NCBI GenBank assembly: GCA_023205875.1
Contig: CP060762.1
Span: 620,001 to 684,000 of the forward strand
DNA length: 64,000 nt
Direction: 5' to 3'
Source: Chloropicon primus
Lineage: Eukaryota
Under the pieces are notes generated by a model. The model was not told where the DNA came from. It saw nothing but the letters and a program-made list of their open reading frames with translations, and ran no database searches. This document shows positions 29,962-42,600 of this stretch, piece by piece. Each line of letters begins with the position of its first letter. The first letter of the stretch is position 1. Made by a program: the position numbers and the translations under genes.

Positions 29962-30531
29962 CTCTTTCGGGGCGATGAGCAACGCCTTTGTTGGTTCTAA
30001 GAAACGTGTTATTACGATCAAGAAGATTTGAACACTTGATTTCTCGTTAGCGTCGACGAGTTCGCGGTGCTCGAAAGCGGTCGCGCGTTCCCCTTTCCGT
30101 CGCTCCAGCTTCCGCAGCTTCACTGGACAAGTCCAAAGTCCCTGATCTCATTCTGCCCTCAACCCCTTCCTTGGTCCCTTTAAAGGAATGGCTTCCTCAC
30201 TCTTCCTGCTTGACCTTGACGATGGAAGGGACAAACGACACCTTCCCTCTCCCTTGTTGCGCGACGAACCCGTCACGAAGCGTTAATGTGCATTCATCTC
30301 AAGGACATCACTCAGGCTCAAGAGGAGCAAGGCGAGGGCGAGGCGAGGGCGAGGCGGTACGCGAGCAAGGGGGTGCATTGGTGAAACAATTCGGGTCAAG
30401 GGGGTTGGATTAGGACAACACGCCGCTCTCTGTGTCTGTTCTTGGCCCGTTCTTTTTGTTTTTTGAGTTTGCGTTTGCGTTTGTGTTTGATGGGACCAAG
30501 GTCGCCGCCTTGGAAGTCAGAAACGTAGAGG

Positions 30532-32473
30532 ATGGAAGTTAGCGAGAGTTTGCCCTCCTGGGCAGGTGGAGGAGCGGAGGGGGATGCTTCAGAGGACGGC
30601 CAGAGGAGTCCACAGGAATGGCTTGAGCTCATACAGCAGCTCTTGGTCGCGGGTGGGTATTTTAGGGCGAGGATACCCACGCTGAAGGCGTTCGACAAGG
30701 TCGTTGGAGGCCTCGCTTGGTCGATAAACGCCAGTTATGCTACTGAGGTGAGTGGGAAGCGACATGGGGGCTTTCCTTCCGCCTGCCGCACTTTAGGTCT
30801 CGCCTCTTTCGAGTTCTTGCCCCGGGATGTCGAGAGACTGACGCCGCTTGCTTGCGTTGAAGGTGGACTTCGACCTGTTCCTGAGGGAGGATGCCAAGAT
30901 AGGAGAAAAGATTCAACTGAGTGAAAAGATCGAGAAAGCTCTTCAAAGGATGAAGTGTCCTCACACCCTGCAAGCTCACCAGATGGAAGGTCTCGATTAT
31001 CCTTACATCTTCCCCGTGGTGCAGTGGCTGCTGACAAGAGTCATGGACGCGAGGGCGCAGTTCGGCAACCAGCTGAGACAGTACTCTCAGTACGCGTGCG
31101 AGTCCAAGCAGGGGTACAAGGTGTCCTCGAAGGTGGACAGGGGCGAAGGCATCGCGGCGGACTTGATGCTGGAAGCTCGGATGGAGGAAACGTACGGACT
31201 GGCCAGGCAACTGAGGAGGAAGGAGAAGAGCAACAAGTCGGACGACCTGTTGCGCAAGCTGAATTGGACTCTTATGGAGTACGGGCACAAGAACCACCTC
31301 CTGAAGGACGTCGGCGGTGATGGCGGCTCCGCTGAGAGAGGATCCCAGGGAAGGAGGAGGTCCTCCACCGCGGCAGCCCGGCAGGGGAAGGAGGGGGGAG
31401 GCCCGATGGATGCGGACGCCTTGGACGACGAGTTCAACAGGCTCCAGGTCGGCGCGGAGGACGACGGGACGCTTTCGGGCATGAAGGCAGCTCAGATCGT
31501 CGGCCAGAGAGTCGAGGAGATCCAGCAGGCGGTCTCCGAGTACAACTCCAACGAGAATCAGTCGCTGGCCGCGAGCCACATGCAGCAGAAGGAGGACCTG
31601 AAGAGGCACATCGCTCAAGCGACGAGGGAGAGGGAGGCTTGCGACGAGAGGGTGAGCGCCATCGACTCGGAGCTCCAGGACGTTTCCGGGGAGCGGGACA
31701 AGGGCAAGAAAGTTGTGGCCAAGCTCAGCAAGGAGCTGCAGGAGATGAGGGGGATGGCCGACGACCCTGATGTGGGCCCAAACTTGGCCAAAGTTCTTCC
31801 GCTGGTGGAGAGGAAGCACAAGCTCAGTGCGGACAAGACTCGGTTCAAGGCGCAGTGCGAGGAGGAGAGGGAGGTCCTGAGGAGGGAGGCGGCCGAGGCG
31901 ACGGCGGCGGCGGAGAGGGCCAATCAGCTGGACGCGGACGACCAGGAGCTCATCTCCCAGTACAACACGGTCTCCAAGGCCACGCAAGACCTCCAGCAGG
32001 ACCTCTCGAAAGCCAGCAGGGCCGTCCTGTTCCTGCGCAGGACGCTGGACGACATCCCGAACTCGAACGAGCTCACCCAGTACCAGAAGAGGTTCCTGGA
32101 GCTCTACGACTTGATCCAGTTGAACCTCCAGGAGACGAAGAACCACTACAACACGTACAACACCATATCGGACATCAAGGAGTTCCTCCAGAAGGAGGCC
32201 AAGCTGATGAACTCGGTCTACAACGGCTTCATGGACGCGAAGAAGACCACGGCCGGCCAGAGGGCCTTCCAGGAGCAGCTCGAGGGCATCAGCAAGGGCG
32301 TGGACAAGACCTTGGAGAAGTACGCCGGCAAGTACGAGATGCGCAAGCTGACTCTGGACAAGGAGAACGCCAGGTTCCAGCAGCAGCTCCAGCTGCAGAG
32401 GCTCTACCTCAAGACCCTCGCCGACTTGAAGAAGGCGGTCACCAAGTACGAGAAGATGGCAGGAACTCAGTAG
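30532..32473 (+). CDS. CCDC93: Coiled-coil domain-containing protein 93 (CCC/Commander complex), 2 exons (intron 30748-30862)
   Basis: LLVAGGYFRARIPTLKAFDKVVGGLAW, MKCPHTLQAHQ, DDIPNSNELTQYQKRFLELY. Confidence 0.9.
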
Positions 32474-33102
32474 AGAGGAGGGGAGAGAGAGAGAGACAGA
32501 CAGAGAGAACCCACAAGCCACGGACGACGGGCGACCTGGTCCGAGTATATATCTGTGGTGTGTCCTGAAAGATAATCGTAATTGGATAACCAATAGAGAG
32601 TACAAAGAAACAAGAAAACGATCGTCAAGGAGATTCTCGTGACGACGCCCGCGCCCGTGAAAGGGAGCTAGAGGAAAGGAGCGGCAGGACTCCCTCTCTC
32701 TCTCTCCAAGGTCCCGCCTTTGGAACTTCTGTAACGCCTTTCGTCTCTTCGAGAAGATATTTCATCTCCCCCTGTGACCTTCTCTCCCCTTCTGGAGATC
32801 GGTCGAAACCGAAACGAGCCGTAGCGTCGAGCGTGAGAAGAGAGCGAGAGGTGAGTATGGCGACCGCGCGTGCGTGCGGGAGAGGGGGGAGGCGAGGGGA
32901 GGCGAGGGCGGAAGGAACCGTTGCGTCCTCCTCTTTCGAAAGAGCCCCTTTTCGAGGAAAACGGACCACGGGTGAGGTGCTGACGCAGGGGCTCTGTTGC
33001 TTTTTTTTTTTTTTTCTTGTACTGGTGACGATGATGATGGGATGGCAGCAGCAGCAGGAGAGCGAGAGAGCGAAGGGGTTTCTGAGTTGACACGAGGACG
33101 GG

Positions 33103-34006
33103 ATGACGGAAGGGACTGACGCGAAGATGGGAGCCTCGGAGGAGTTGAAGCGGTTGGGTTTCTTGTACGAGTACGGAAACCTCGCCGCAGACCTCGGCAC
33201 CAAGTACTACGAGATCGTGAAGAAGCAGGCGCCGAGCACGCTTTCTCCTGGCATCGAGACCCTGGAGGGTGCCATCAAGGCCTACGGCGCTCCGATCGTC
33301 TCCAAGGTGCAGGACGTGGCCCCCAAGGTCATCACGGAGGCGGACAAGAGGGTCGACGGCGTCGTGGAGAGGGTGAACACCGTGTACACCACCTCGAGAG
33401 GCGTGGTGGACAAGTACACCAGCAGCGAGAACATCAAGGCGTTCAAGAAGACCAGGGAGGAGTACTTGAAGCAGATCGAGACCCTCCTGGAGGATCTCAA
33501 GGCGAAGGGTTTCCAGGGATCAGTGGTAAGTCAGCGGCAGGGGCTCCGAGCAACACCCCTGAAAAAAAAGCCTCCTCTCTCCAACCCGCTTGAGGTCGAC
33601 ATCGATCGAGGCTGGTTGCTGACGACAGGGCTCTGGTTCTCCTCCCCTTCCCTCTCTTCTCATCATCATCATCTTCTTCTTCTTCTTCTTCTTCTTCTTC
33701 TTCTCGCAGACCGAGGTGATGACCTTTGTGAACGGACTGAAGGACACCGTGGTCAAGGAGGGAATCAAGAGGGTGGACTCCGCCAAGGCCACGCCAACGT
33801 ACGCCAAGACCTACAGCAAGGTCACCGAGACCCTCAGCATGGCGACCCCCTACCTCACGAACGCGCAGGAGACTGCCATCTACAAGAAGGTTATCTCCAT
33901 CTTGGAGGAGATGAAGGCCATCAAGATGGCCACGCCTTACGTCGAGATGGCCACGCCTTACGTGGACAAGGTCTTGGAGAGCCTCAAGCCCCAGCCAGCC
34001 CAGTAA
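33103..34006 (+). CDS. Lipid-droplet protein, MLDP/REF-SRPP(LDAP)-like, 2 exons (intron 33526-33709)
   Basis: LKRLGFL...YEIVK...LSPGIETLEG...PIVSKVQD...ADKRVD resembles the REF/MLDP N-terminus; amphipathic helices. Confidence 0.7.
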
Positions 34007-34260
34007 GGCGAGGGTCGCCGCAACAGCAGCCAACAACAACAATAGTATAAAAAACCACCATTTTTTTCTTCTTCTCTCATTCAAGCAACAACTTTTGCAA
34101 AGCATTCTCAAATGGTCCGTCGTGCTTCAAGCGAAGCCTCTTTCGAAACGCAAGGACACCGATCTTGCCCTCCACAGCCTCCTGCACCTCGTCACTCCTC
34201 CTCTTCTTCTCTGTCAATCGTTTTTTTGAACCCGAGCCCGAGGAGAGAGAGAGAGAGAAG

Positions 34261-35400
34261 ATGGAGGCGCAGGCGGAGGTCACGGTGGACGCCGCGTGGT
34301 CCGAGGAGGCCGCGTGCACTTGCAGGAACTCCCAAGGCCATCGCGTTCCTGGCTCCCTCTTCGTGGCGTGCGAGACGCTTGCCGAAAAAAACTTGGAAGA
34401 AGAAGCCAGCGGTGGTCGTGGTGATGGTGATGGTGATGGTGATGGTGATGACCAAGGTGGGTTGTTGTCCATGAGTCATGGCCAGCGGAGGGGTTACGTT
34501 TTTCCTGGAGAGAGGGTGAAGGTTTTGTGCACGATAGAGGAGGACGTAACGGACGAGGAGCTCGAGGACTTGGAGAAGAAGAACTGCTATTGGCTGGGAC
34601 TGACGCGGTTCGAGGAGGAGGAGGAGGAGGAGAGGAGGGGGGAGGGCGCGGCGATGTGCGTGGACACTCTCGATGCGTCTTCGGTGAGCCGTGAGGTGGA
34701 GGAGAGCATGGTGAGTCCAGTGGCGGGCCTGGCGAGAGCCCTGTGCAAGTGCTGGAAGGAGGAGGGGAGGGCAGTGATTTGCCTGGAGGCGAGCGTGCCG
34801 AGGGAGTTCCCCGCCTCTGGCTGCTCGGTATTGCTCGATGTGAAGCAGTACCTCCGGTACCCCCTCGGCGGAACCGACGCGGAGGACCTCTACGAGCACT
34901 TTCTTTGCAGGAGGTGGACACGAAAGGTCGAAGTCTTCAACCCCGTCGAGGTCAAGAGCTTCGTCGCTGGGGGCCAGGCGTCGAGAGGGGGAGAGACGTC
35001 CGGCGACGTGTTCGTCTCCGTCACCGTTGCGAACGTCCTGCCGCCTCGGATCGACTGCGTGCTCTCCATGCAGAACTTCCAAGTCCTGAGCGACCCTATG
35101 GAGGCGGTGAAGATCTCTCAGGTCTACCCCAACAAGGTGGGCAAGTCCCACGCGGAAGTCTCCCCGGGGACGGAGTACTCCTTCGCCATCCGAACCGAGT
35201 GGGACGACCGAGGGTCGGAGGGAAGCAAGGAGCCCAAGGTCGCAGTGGACCTCCTCCTCAGCGTGTCCACTTCTGTTTCCTCCTCGCCCCTGCTCTACGT
35301 CCATCGCTTGGACTGGGTCGAAACGAGGAGCCCGGGGCGACCAGACCACGCGGATCGATCCCAAGCAGCCCAGGGAGTGCTCCTGCAGTCGAAGACCTAG
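34261..35400 (+). CDS. Hypothetical protein (beta-rich, Ig-like C-terminal half)
   Basis: ~379-aa ORF with host-like codon bias; no family recognised. Confidence 0.6.
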   Translation: MEAQAEVTVDAAWSEEAACTCRNSQGHRVPGSLFVACETLAEKNLEEEASGGRGDGDGDGDGDDQGGLLSMSHGQRRGYVFPGERVKVLCTIEEDVTDEELEDLEKKNCYWLGLTRFEEEEEEERRGEGAAMCVDTLDASSVSREVEESMVSPVAGLARALCKCWKEEGRAVICLEASVPREFPASGCSVLLDVKQYLRYPLGGTDAEDLYEHFLCRRWTRKVEVFNPVEVKSFVAGGQASRGGETSGDVFVSVTVANVLPPRIDCVLSMQNFQVLSDPMEAVKISQVYPNKVGKSHAEVSPGTEYSFAIRTEWDDRGSEGSKEPKVAVDLLLSVSTSVSSSPLLYVHRLDWVETRSPGRPDHADRSQAAQGVLLQSKT

Positions 35401-35685
35401 TAAACATGCATTCCTCTCCGTGTATTCTAGCACAGCACACAGAAATACGAACGATCGATCGCCGACCGCCGACCGCCCCCTCCACCAACAATGCCCTTCC
35501 TCGACGCCCTTCCTCGCAAGCGAGGGCTCTTTGGAAAGAACAAGAGAGACGCATTCATCCATCCATGATCCCTCTTCCCCTCTTCCCCTCCTTCTTGGCA
35601 TCCCATCAATGCCCTTCCTCCACCACCCTCCTGCCTTCATGTGTGAGGCTGAGAGCAAAAGCTGCGTTATCCAGAAGGAAAGAGG

Positions 35686-37764
35686 ATGGCGACGACGACG
35701 ACGACGGTGGCGTTGGGAGGGAGGGGAGGGAAGGTGGGTTGCTCGTGCGCACCACCGAGGGGGCGAGACACAGAGGCGAGGGGAACCAGGACGCCAACTC
35801 GGGACGGTTTCGTGCACCTCGCACTCGCGGGAAGGAAGCCGAAACGGGCTGCTGGGATGACGACGACGAGGATGAGGATGAGGATGAGGAGGATGAGGAC
35901 GAGGGTTCGTGCCGTTCCGTCCGCCAAGACGACGGGGAAGGTGGTGAAAGTTCCTGCGGAGAACTTGAGGAACTTCAGCATCATCGCGCACATCGACCAC
36001 GGGAAGTCCACGATAGCGGACAGGCTGTTGCAGCTCACGGGGACCGTGGAGGACCGCGAGATGCAGGCTCAGTTCCTGGACAACATGGACATTGAGAGGG
36101 AGAGAGGGATCACGATCAAGCTGCAGGCGGCGAGGATGATGTACTCTCGCGATAAGGACGGGAAGACGTACGCGCTGAACCTCATCGACACGCCGGGGCA
36201 CGTGGACTTTAGCTACGAGGTGAGCAGGTCCCTCGCAGCTTGCGAGGGGGCCCTGCTTGTGGTGGACGCTTCCCAGGGGGTGGAAGCCCAGACGCTTGCG
36301 AACGTGTACCTCGCCCTCGAGAACGACCTGGAGATCATTCCGGTGCTGAACAAGATCGATTTGCCCGGTGCGGACGTCGACAGAGTCTCCAGGGAGATCG
36401 AGGAGGTGATCGGCTTGGACTGCTCGGGGGCGATCTTGTGTTCGGGGAAGCAGGGCCTGGGCATCGACGAAATTTTGGAGGCGGTGGTGGACCGCATCCC
36501 TCCTCCGCGGGACACGGAGGGCGAGAAGCTCCGGGCCCTGATCTTTGACTCGTATTACGACCCCTACAGAGGTGTCGTGGTGATGTTTAGAGTCGTGGAC
36601 GGAAAGATCAGCAAGGGGGACAAGGTGAAGATGGTCGCCACCGGGGCGGAGCACGTCGTGGACGAGATAGGCGTCCTGTCTCCCAAGCAGGTCCCGGTCG
36701 AGTCCCTCTCTGCTGGAGAGGTGGGGTACTTTGCCGCCTCAATCAAGACGGTGGCGGACGCTCGAGTCGGAGACACGATCACCCTCGCGAGCGAGCCGTC
36801 GGACGAGCCCTTGGCCGGCTACCAGGACGCCCAGCCCATGGTTTTCTGCGGCCTGTTTCCCACGGACAACGACCAGTACCCGGACCTGAGGGACGCGCTG
36901 GAGAAGCTTCAGACCAACGATGCGGCCCTGGTGTACGAGCCGGAGAACTCTGCGGCCATGGGGTTCGGGTTTCGGTGCGGCTTCCTTGGACTCCTTCACA
37001 TGGAGATCATCCAGGAGAGGCTGGAGAGGGAGTATGACTTGGATCTGATCACCACAGCGCCAGCGGTGGCGTACAGGGTGACCACGACGGAGGGGGAGGA
37101 GATGATGATAGACAACCCGTCCCAGCTCCCGGAGGTGCAGAAGAGGCAGAGCATCGCGGAGCCCTACGTGAAGCTCGAGGTGCTGTGCCCGGAGGACTTT
37201 GTGGGCGCGGTGATGGAGCTGGGGAACGAGAGGCGGGCCGAGTTCAAGGACCTCAGGTACCTGAATGAAACGAGGGCTTCGATTATATTCGAAGCCCCGC
37301 TCGCGGAGATCGTGAGCGACTTCTTCGACGAGCTGAAGTCGAGGACCAAAGGGTACGCAAGCATGGAGTTCCAAGTCCTGGATTACAGGAAGAACGACCT
37401 GGTCAAGCTGGAGATCAAGATCAACGGCGAGGGGGTCGACCCCCTGGCCTGCATCGTCCACAAGGACAAGGCCTTTGGCGTCGGCAAGCAGCTTGCCCAG
37501 AAGCTGAAGCAGCTGATCCCCAAGCAGCAGTTCAGGGTCCCGATCCAAGCCGCCGTAGGCAGTAGGGTGATCGCCAGCGAGTCCATTGCCGCGCTCCGCA
37601 AGGACGTGCTCGCCAAGTGTTATGGCGGTGATATTTCCAGGAAGAAGAAGTTGCTGAAGAAGCAAGCGAAGGGAAAGAAGAGGATGAAATCCCTCGGTAA
37701 AGTTGAAGTGCCCCAGGAAGCCTTCATGGCCGTCTTGAACCTAAAGAGCGAGCAATCAGAGTAA
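35686..37764 (+). CDS. lepA: Translation factor GUF1/LepA (EF4), probably chloroplastic
   Basis: [61 protein letters not shown]; Arg/Thr-rich transit-like N-terminus. Confidence 0.96.
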   Translation: MATTTTTVALGGRGGKVGCSCAPPRGRDTEARGTRTPTRDGFVHLALAGRKPKRAAGMTTTRMRMRMRRMRTRVRAVPSAKTTGKVVKVPAENLRNFSIIAHIDHGKSTIADRLLQLTGTVEDREMQAQFLDNMDIERERGITIKLQAARMMYSRDKDGKTYALNLIDTPGHVDFSYEVSRSLAACEGALLVVDASQGVEAQTLANVYLALENDLEIIPVLNKIDLPGADVDRVSREIEEVIGLDCSGAILCSGKQGLGIDEILEAVVDRIPPPRDTEGEKLRALIFDSYYDPYRGVVVMFRVVDGKISKGDKVKMVATGAEHVVDEIGVLSPKQVPVESLSAGEVGYFAASIKTVADARVGDTITLASEPSDEPLAGYQDAQPMVFCGLFPTDNDQYPDLRDALEKLQTNDAALVYEPENSAAMGFGFRCGFLGLLHMEIIQERLEREYDLDLITTAPAVAYRVTTTEGEEMMIDNPSQLPEVQKRQSIAEPYVKLEVLCPEDFVGAVMELGNERRAEFKDLRYLNETRASIIFEAPLAEIVSDFFDELKSRTKGYASMEFQVLDYRKNDLVKLEIKINGEGVDPLACIVHKDKAFGVGKQLAQKLKQLIPKQQFRVPIQAAVGSRVIASESIAALRKDVLAKCYGGDISRKKKLLKKQAKGKKRMKSLGKVEVPQEAFMAVLNLKSEQSE

Positions 37765-37856
37765 TCAAGAAGCTTCTTTCTGAAAGAGTCATCTCTCTTC
37801 TATTGATCTTTTGATACGTGCGTCCCTCGCGTTCTCTTCAAAATTGTTTGGATAAA

Positions 37857-39341
37857 TTACGCCGAAGCGCTCTGCAGGCGGCTGTGGATCGACGCGAGGT
37901 CAGAATCGCTTAAAATTTCCATCGGGTTGATCACGCCAAAGCTCACGCATGCCTTGATGGTCTGCACGGCCTCGGCCAACGCGGCGTCCCCCCCGACAGA
38001 GGACATGGCGACAGCGGCGTTGTACAGAAAATTGCTTCGCTCGTGGACGTCGCCGAAGTCGTTCCACAGCTTCGGGTCGGAAAGGACCGAGCCGTACCTC
38101 TGCGCGGAGGCCAAATACATCTGAGAAGCATTAGCCGTCTCCCCTTGAGTGCTGCACAACTTTCCCATGGCATACTGAGTCTCCGCCACCCCGACTGCTG
38201 CGTCTAAATCGTTCCTGTTGACGGAAAGAGTCCTCTTGTAGCCCAGATTGAGGGCATCCTCCAAGAATTTCAGCCTCTGGTCGGTCGCCAAGGCCGCGTT
38301 CTCCGACAAGAGAACGTAAATATCGCCGATGGTGTTCATCGCTTTCGTTGCCGTGACGTCGAAACTGATTGCCCCGTTCAGCTTGGCGAGGGCGCCCTGC
38401 AGGCACGCCTCCCTCTCCTCTCCGACACTCAACACACCCGCAACGGACAGCAAGTTTGCCCCCCATGACTCCAGCAGCCCAACGAGATCGTCCCCCTTGG
38501 TCGTGTCTGTGTTCTGACAGCACAAGTCATACGCCGCGTTGGCCTCCTGAAAGGCGGCCTTGGCCTTGGGCTCGTCCCCAGCGTCCAGGAATACTTCGGC
38601 TAGCCTCTGCAGGAGGTCACCCTGCACACACACAGAGAGAGAGAGAAACGAAATCCGGGTCAGCGAGTGCGCCACGAAACTGCAAGGCAAGGGTACCCAC
38701 CTTATTCATGTAGGTATCCGCATCGGGCCTCAGGCCCAAGCTCTGGTCGTACTGTTCCAGGGCCTGCTTGAACAGAGAGAGGGACTCTGGCATGTCCGCG
38801 TTCTCTGCCCAAACGCACAGGGAGTTCCCCAGGTTGACATAAATCTCCTCCCGGTGCTCGACGTCTGGAGCCGCAAGGATTTTGCTGTAGCACTCCGCGG
38901 ATTGCTGAAGAACAATTGGCCGAGCGTGTCAGAAGGTGCCACTAGAACCAACAACAAACAAAAGATTTCTCACGGTGATCCCGATGACTGACTCACCTTG
39001 CAGAGGTAGCAAACCTCGTTCTTGACGTCTCTCTCCTGACTGACGTGAGTGAGGCCACGGCACGAAGCCGCCTTCAGCTCCGCTACGTACCCATAACACT
39101 CCGCCAGACCTACGAGAGCCTCCTGCTGCTGATTCCCCTTCAACGTCCGATACAGTTCGAGGTAAGCCTCCGTCGCTCTCCTGTAAAGCTGCACGGCATC
39201 CTGGCTATACCAACCTCGACTCCCTGCCTTCTCCGCCTTCTGCTGGAGCTTCTGCGCCTCCTTCAGACTCGGTCCCGTTCCCTCCACCTTCCCCTTCCCC
39301 TTCTTCCTCCCACCTCCTCGTCCTCCTCCCTTGGCCGCCAT
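37857..39341 (-). CDS. TPR-like alpha-helical repeat protein, 3 exons (approx. 39341-38997, 38904-38701, 38621-37857)
   Basis: Three ORF segments joined by GT-AG introns; helical repeats with NWGNxL/SWGANL and FLYNAA motifs. Confidence 0.65.
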
Positions 39342-39610
39342 GATCCTGGAAAAACCTGCAGCTGAAGAAAAACTCTCTGCAGGCTTGTGGCTGAAACGCC
39401 AGGAGGGGGTCGAGAGGAGGGGGTCGAGGAGGGACGAAGGAGGCCCGAGTCTCCGGGCTGGATCCTATGGAATGCAATCGCGTTTGGGCTGGAAACGGAC
39501 TTGGCCCGCACCCCCATCCGAAGCATCCGTTCATGAGGGGGGGAGGAGGAGGATTTTGTAGAAATGATTTCGTGTAATTGTACATTAGAGACGACAATGG
39601 GCATTGTTGG

Positions 39611-42600
39611 TTACTGAGCGGCGAGGTCGGCACGAAGATCCCTGATCTCTGACTCGTACGAGCTGCACCGCTGGGTGAGCTGGAAGTGCTCATGCTTCAG
39701 GTCCTCGATCTCTTCAAAGAAGCTGGGGTCGAAAGCGTTCAGCTCCGTCCTCAGGTCCGTGTTCTCGAGCTCGAGCTCCCTCGCTTTCATCTTGTAGTTG
39801 TTCAGGTCCTCCTCCAGCTCAAGGATGAAAGCGTCGTCCACTGACTTTTTCGGGGAGGGCTCGTCCTTCCCTTGCAGGTAGAGGGCGATTTTCTCCTTCT
39901 CCCCCTCGAGCTCAAAGTGAAGGTGCTCGATCTCCACCTCCTTCTCCTGGAGCTTCTCCTTCAGGAGGCCGCACTCCCTCTCCTTCTCTCGCTTCTTCTC
40001 CTTCTCCTTCTTCAGATCCTTCACCGCGGTCGAGAGCTCGCTGATTTTCCCTTCCCTGTCCTTGATCTCCTGCAGCTGCTTCTTGTCCATCTTTGAAATC
40101 TCGTCCTGCATCTTTTGGGAGGACTTCTTGAGCTCCTTGATGCGCTGCACCGCCGCCATGTACTTCTGGTTGCTCACCGAGTTCTCCTTGTCGTACTTGA
40201 GCTTGGCAACGGACCTCTCGAAGCCGGCCACCAGGTTCTTCAGGTCCTGGTTCTCTGCCTGAAGCTTGGACAAGTTCGCCGAACGCGAGGACCCCGAGGC
40301 CTTGCCCCCTCCCGGCGCGTCGCCGTCCTTGAAGTACGCCTGCAGCTTGACCCTGTACCTCTCAACTTGGGCCAGGGCCTGGTCCCTTTCCAGGGTGGTG
40401 TCGAACAGCTTCATCTGCATGGTTTCCTCGCTCACGCTTGCTTGGTCCTGCATCAGGAGCCCCACGCTAGGCTGGTCGTTGAGCCTCTGAACCAGCTTCT
40501 TGTTCTCCGTGGAAGCGCTGTCCAGCTCGTCCTCTAGCTTGGTGATCTTCTCCTCCAAGCTCACCATCTTGGCCTCGAGCTCTGTGATCACAGCATCCTT
40601 CTCTGCCAGAGCCTTGGGGATGACCACCTTCTTCTCCTGGGGTGCCTGGGGCTCCTCGGGCTTCTGCTGCTGAACCTGCGGCTGCTGAACCTGCGCCTTT
40701 CCTGCGGCAAGCCTTGACCTGTCATTGGTAAGGTTTGAAATGATCTTTCGATGGCGCTCTGCGTCCTTTTCCGCCGCGTCCAGCTTGGCCTGCAGCTTTC
40801 CAACCTTGGCCTTCTGCACCTCGATCTGCTTTTTCAGCCTCTTGCCTTCCTCCCACTTGAGAATCTCGATGTTTTCCTCCGGCTTCACCCTCCTCACTAC
40901 TGGCTTGGTCTCCGACGACGGGGGCTCGCTTGGGCCGGCCGGCTTCGAGGCAACTGGCGTCTGCTCCTCCTCGCCCTGATCGGTGGCGATGCCGACGTTC
41001 CTGGACGACTTGGTCTGCCTTGGCTTGACCTTCTTTGGGGTGGCCGCGAGGGTCTGGTTCGCCTGGAGCATCACTCTCAACCTCTGGTTCTTGGTTTCCA
41101 GGACCCTGATGCGCTTCTTCATCAGCTCGGGGTCGGAGATGTTGACGGGGGCGATATCCTCGGCCAGCAGAGTCAGGCTGCTCTCCTCGGCCAGAGCCTG
41201 CAGGGATTGAGCTTCCTGCCTTCCCTTCATGTGCCTCTCCTCGATGGTGATGATCATGTCGTTCTTCGTCTGGATGATCTCCTTGAGATTCTTGATTTCC
41301 TCTTGGGCCTTCTTCAGCCTGGACGCCAAGCGCTCCTTGGATCCTTCGAGCTTCTCCCTTTCCCTCTGCTCTTGCACCGTCATGTTCACGTCACTCTCCA
41401 GAATCGTCTGGCTGGCATTGACCTGCATGACCTTGATGAGCTGGGCCTCAAGGGTCTTGATCGCTTCTTTCAGGTGGAGGAGACGCTTGTCCTTGGACAC
41501 GAGCTGGCTCTTCAGCTTGGAAATCGTGATCTCCATGATCTTGGTGGAGCTCCTTGCCTTCTCCCTCTCAATGTCCAATTTGAACCGCTGCAGATTGTCG
41601 TTTGCAATCTTGACCTCGGACGTCAACTTCGTCTGCATGATCTCAAACTTGGAGTTCGTTTGCTCCAGCTGATTCTTCAAGAGCTCGATGTTGTGGTCTT
41701 TCTCCTCGAGGGTATCGATAAGCTGCTCGTATTTCAGCACGCTGTACCTGCCCTTGGCCGAGGGGTGCGGCTGGTTGACGCCAGAAGCCATAGGGTTCGC
41801 GAAGGTCTTCACCGTCGTCATCTTTGCCTTCTCCACAGACAGCCGCAATTCCTGGATCTGCTTGTTGCTCTTCAGCGTCTCTTCCAGAGTGCGCTTCCTC
41901 TCCAGCTCCAGCTCGTTTCTCAGAGACTTGATCTCGATGCCCTTTTCCTTGATGATGTTCTGCAAGCGTTGCACGGAGGCCTCGGCCGCCTCCTTCACTT
42001 GCTGCACAGCAAAGTCTTCGTCGTCTATGTTCTCCTTCGACTTCAACTTCATGCCGGACAACTGTGACTCGATTCGCGTCAACAGGTGATCCCTTTCGAT
42101 CTCCACCTCCTGGAGGGCCGCCTCCTTCTGCTCAAGATCCTTTTGAGCCTGCGACGCTTTCTGCTCCAGCGCAACAATTTCTTGCCTCAGGTCTTTGATC
42201 TTGTCTATTTGTTCCAAAATGATGGACTGACCTCCCTCGACCTGAGTCTTGAGGAGCGCAGAGTCAAGAGTATCCCTAGAGAACTCTTTGGTGACGTTCC
42301 TGGACTCGTTGTCCACGCTGGCCTGAATCTCGCCCTTCTCCTTCTGCAGCTGCAAGATGTTCCCCTCGAGAAGCTGCTCCTTGGCTTGCAGCTCGCGGAT
42401 CTGCTCCTTCAGCTTCAGCTGCACCCTCATGCCTTCTTCCTCCACCTTTTGCAGCTGCGACTCGCTGTCCTTTGCCGACTTCTCGTTCAGGGAGGCCTTT
42501 CCCTTGAGGCCATCCAACTCTCTCTGCAGCCGGGAGGACGTCATCTTCGCCTGGAGGTACTCCTCCTGAACCCTGATCACCTCTTTGTGCATGTCAGAGG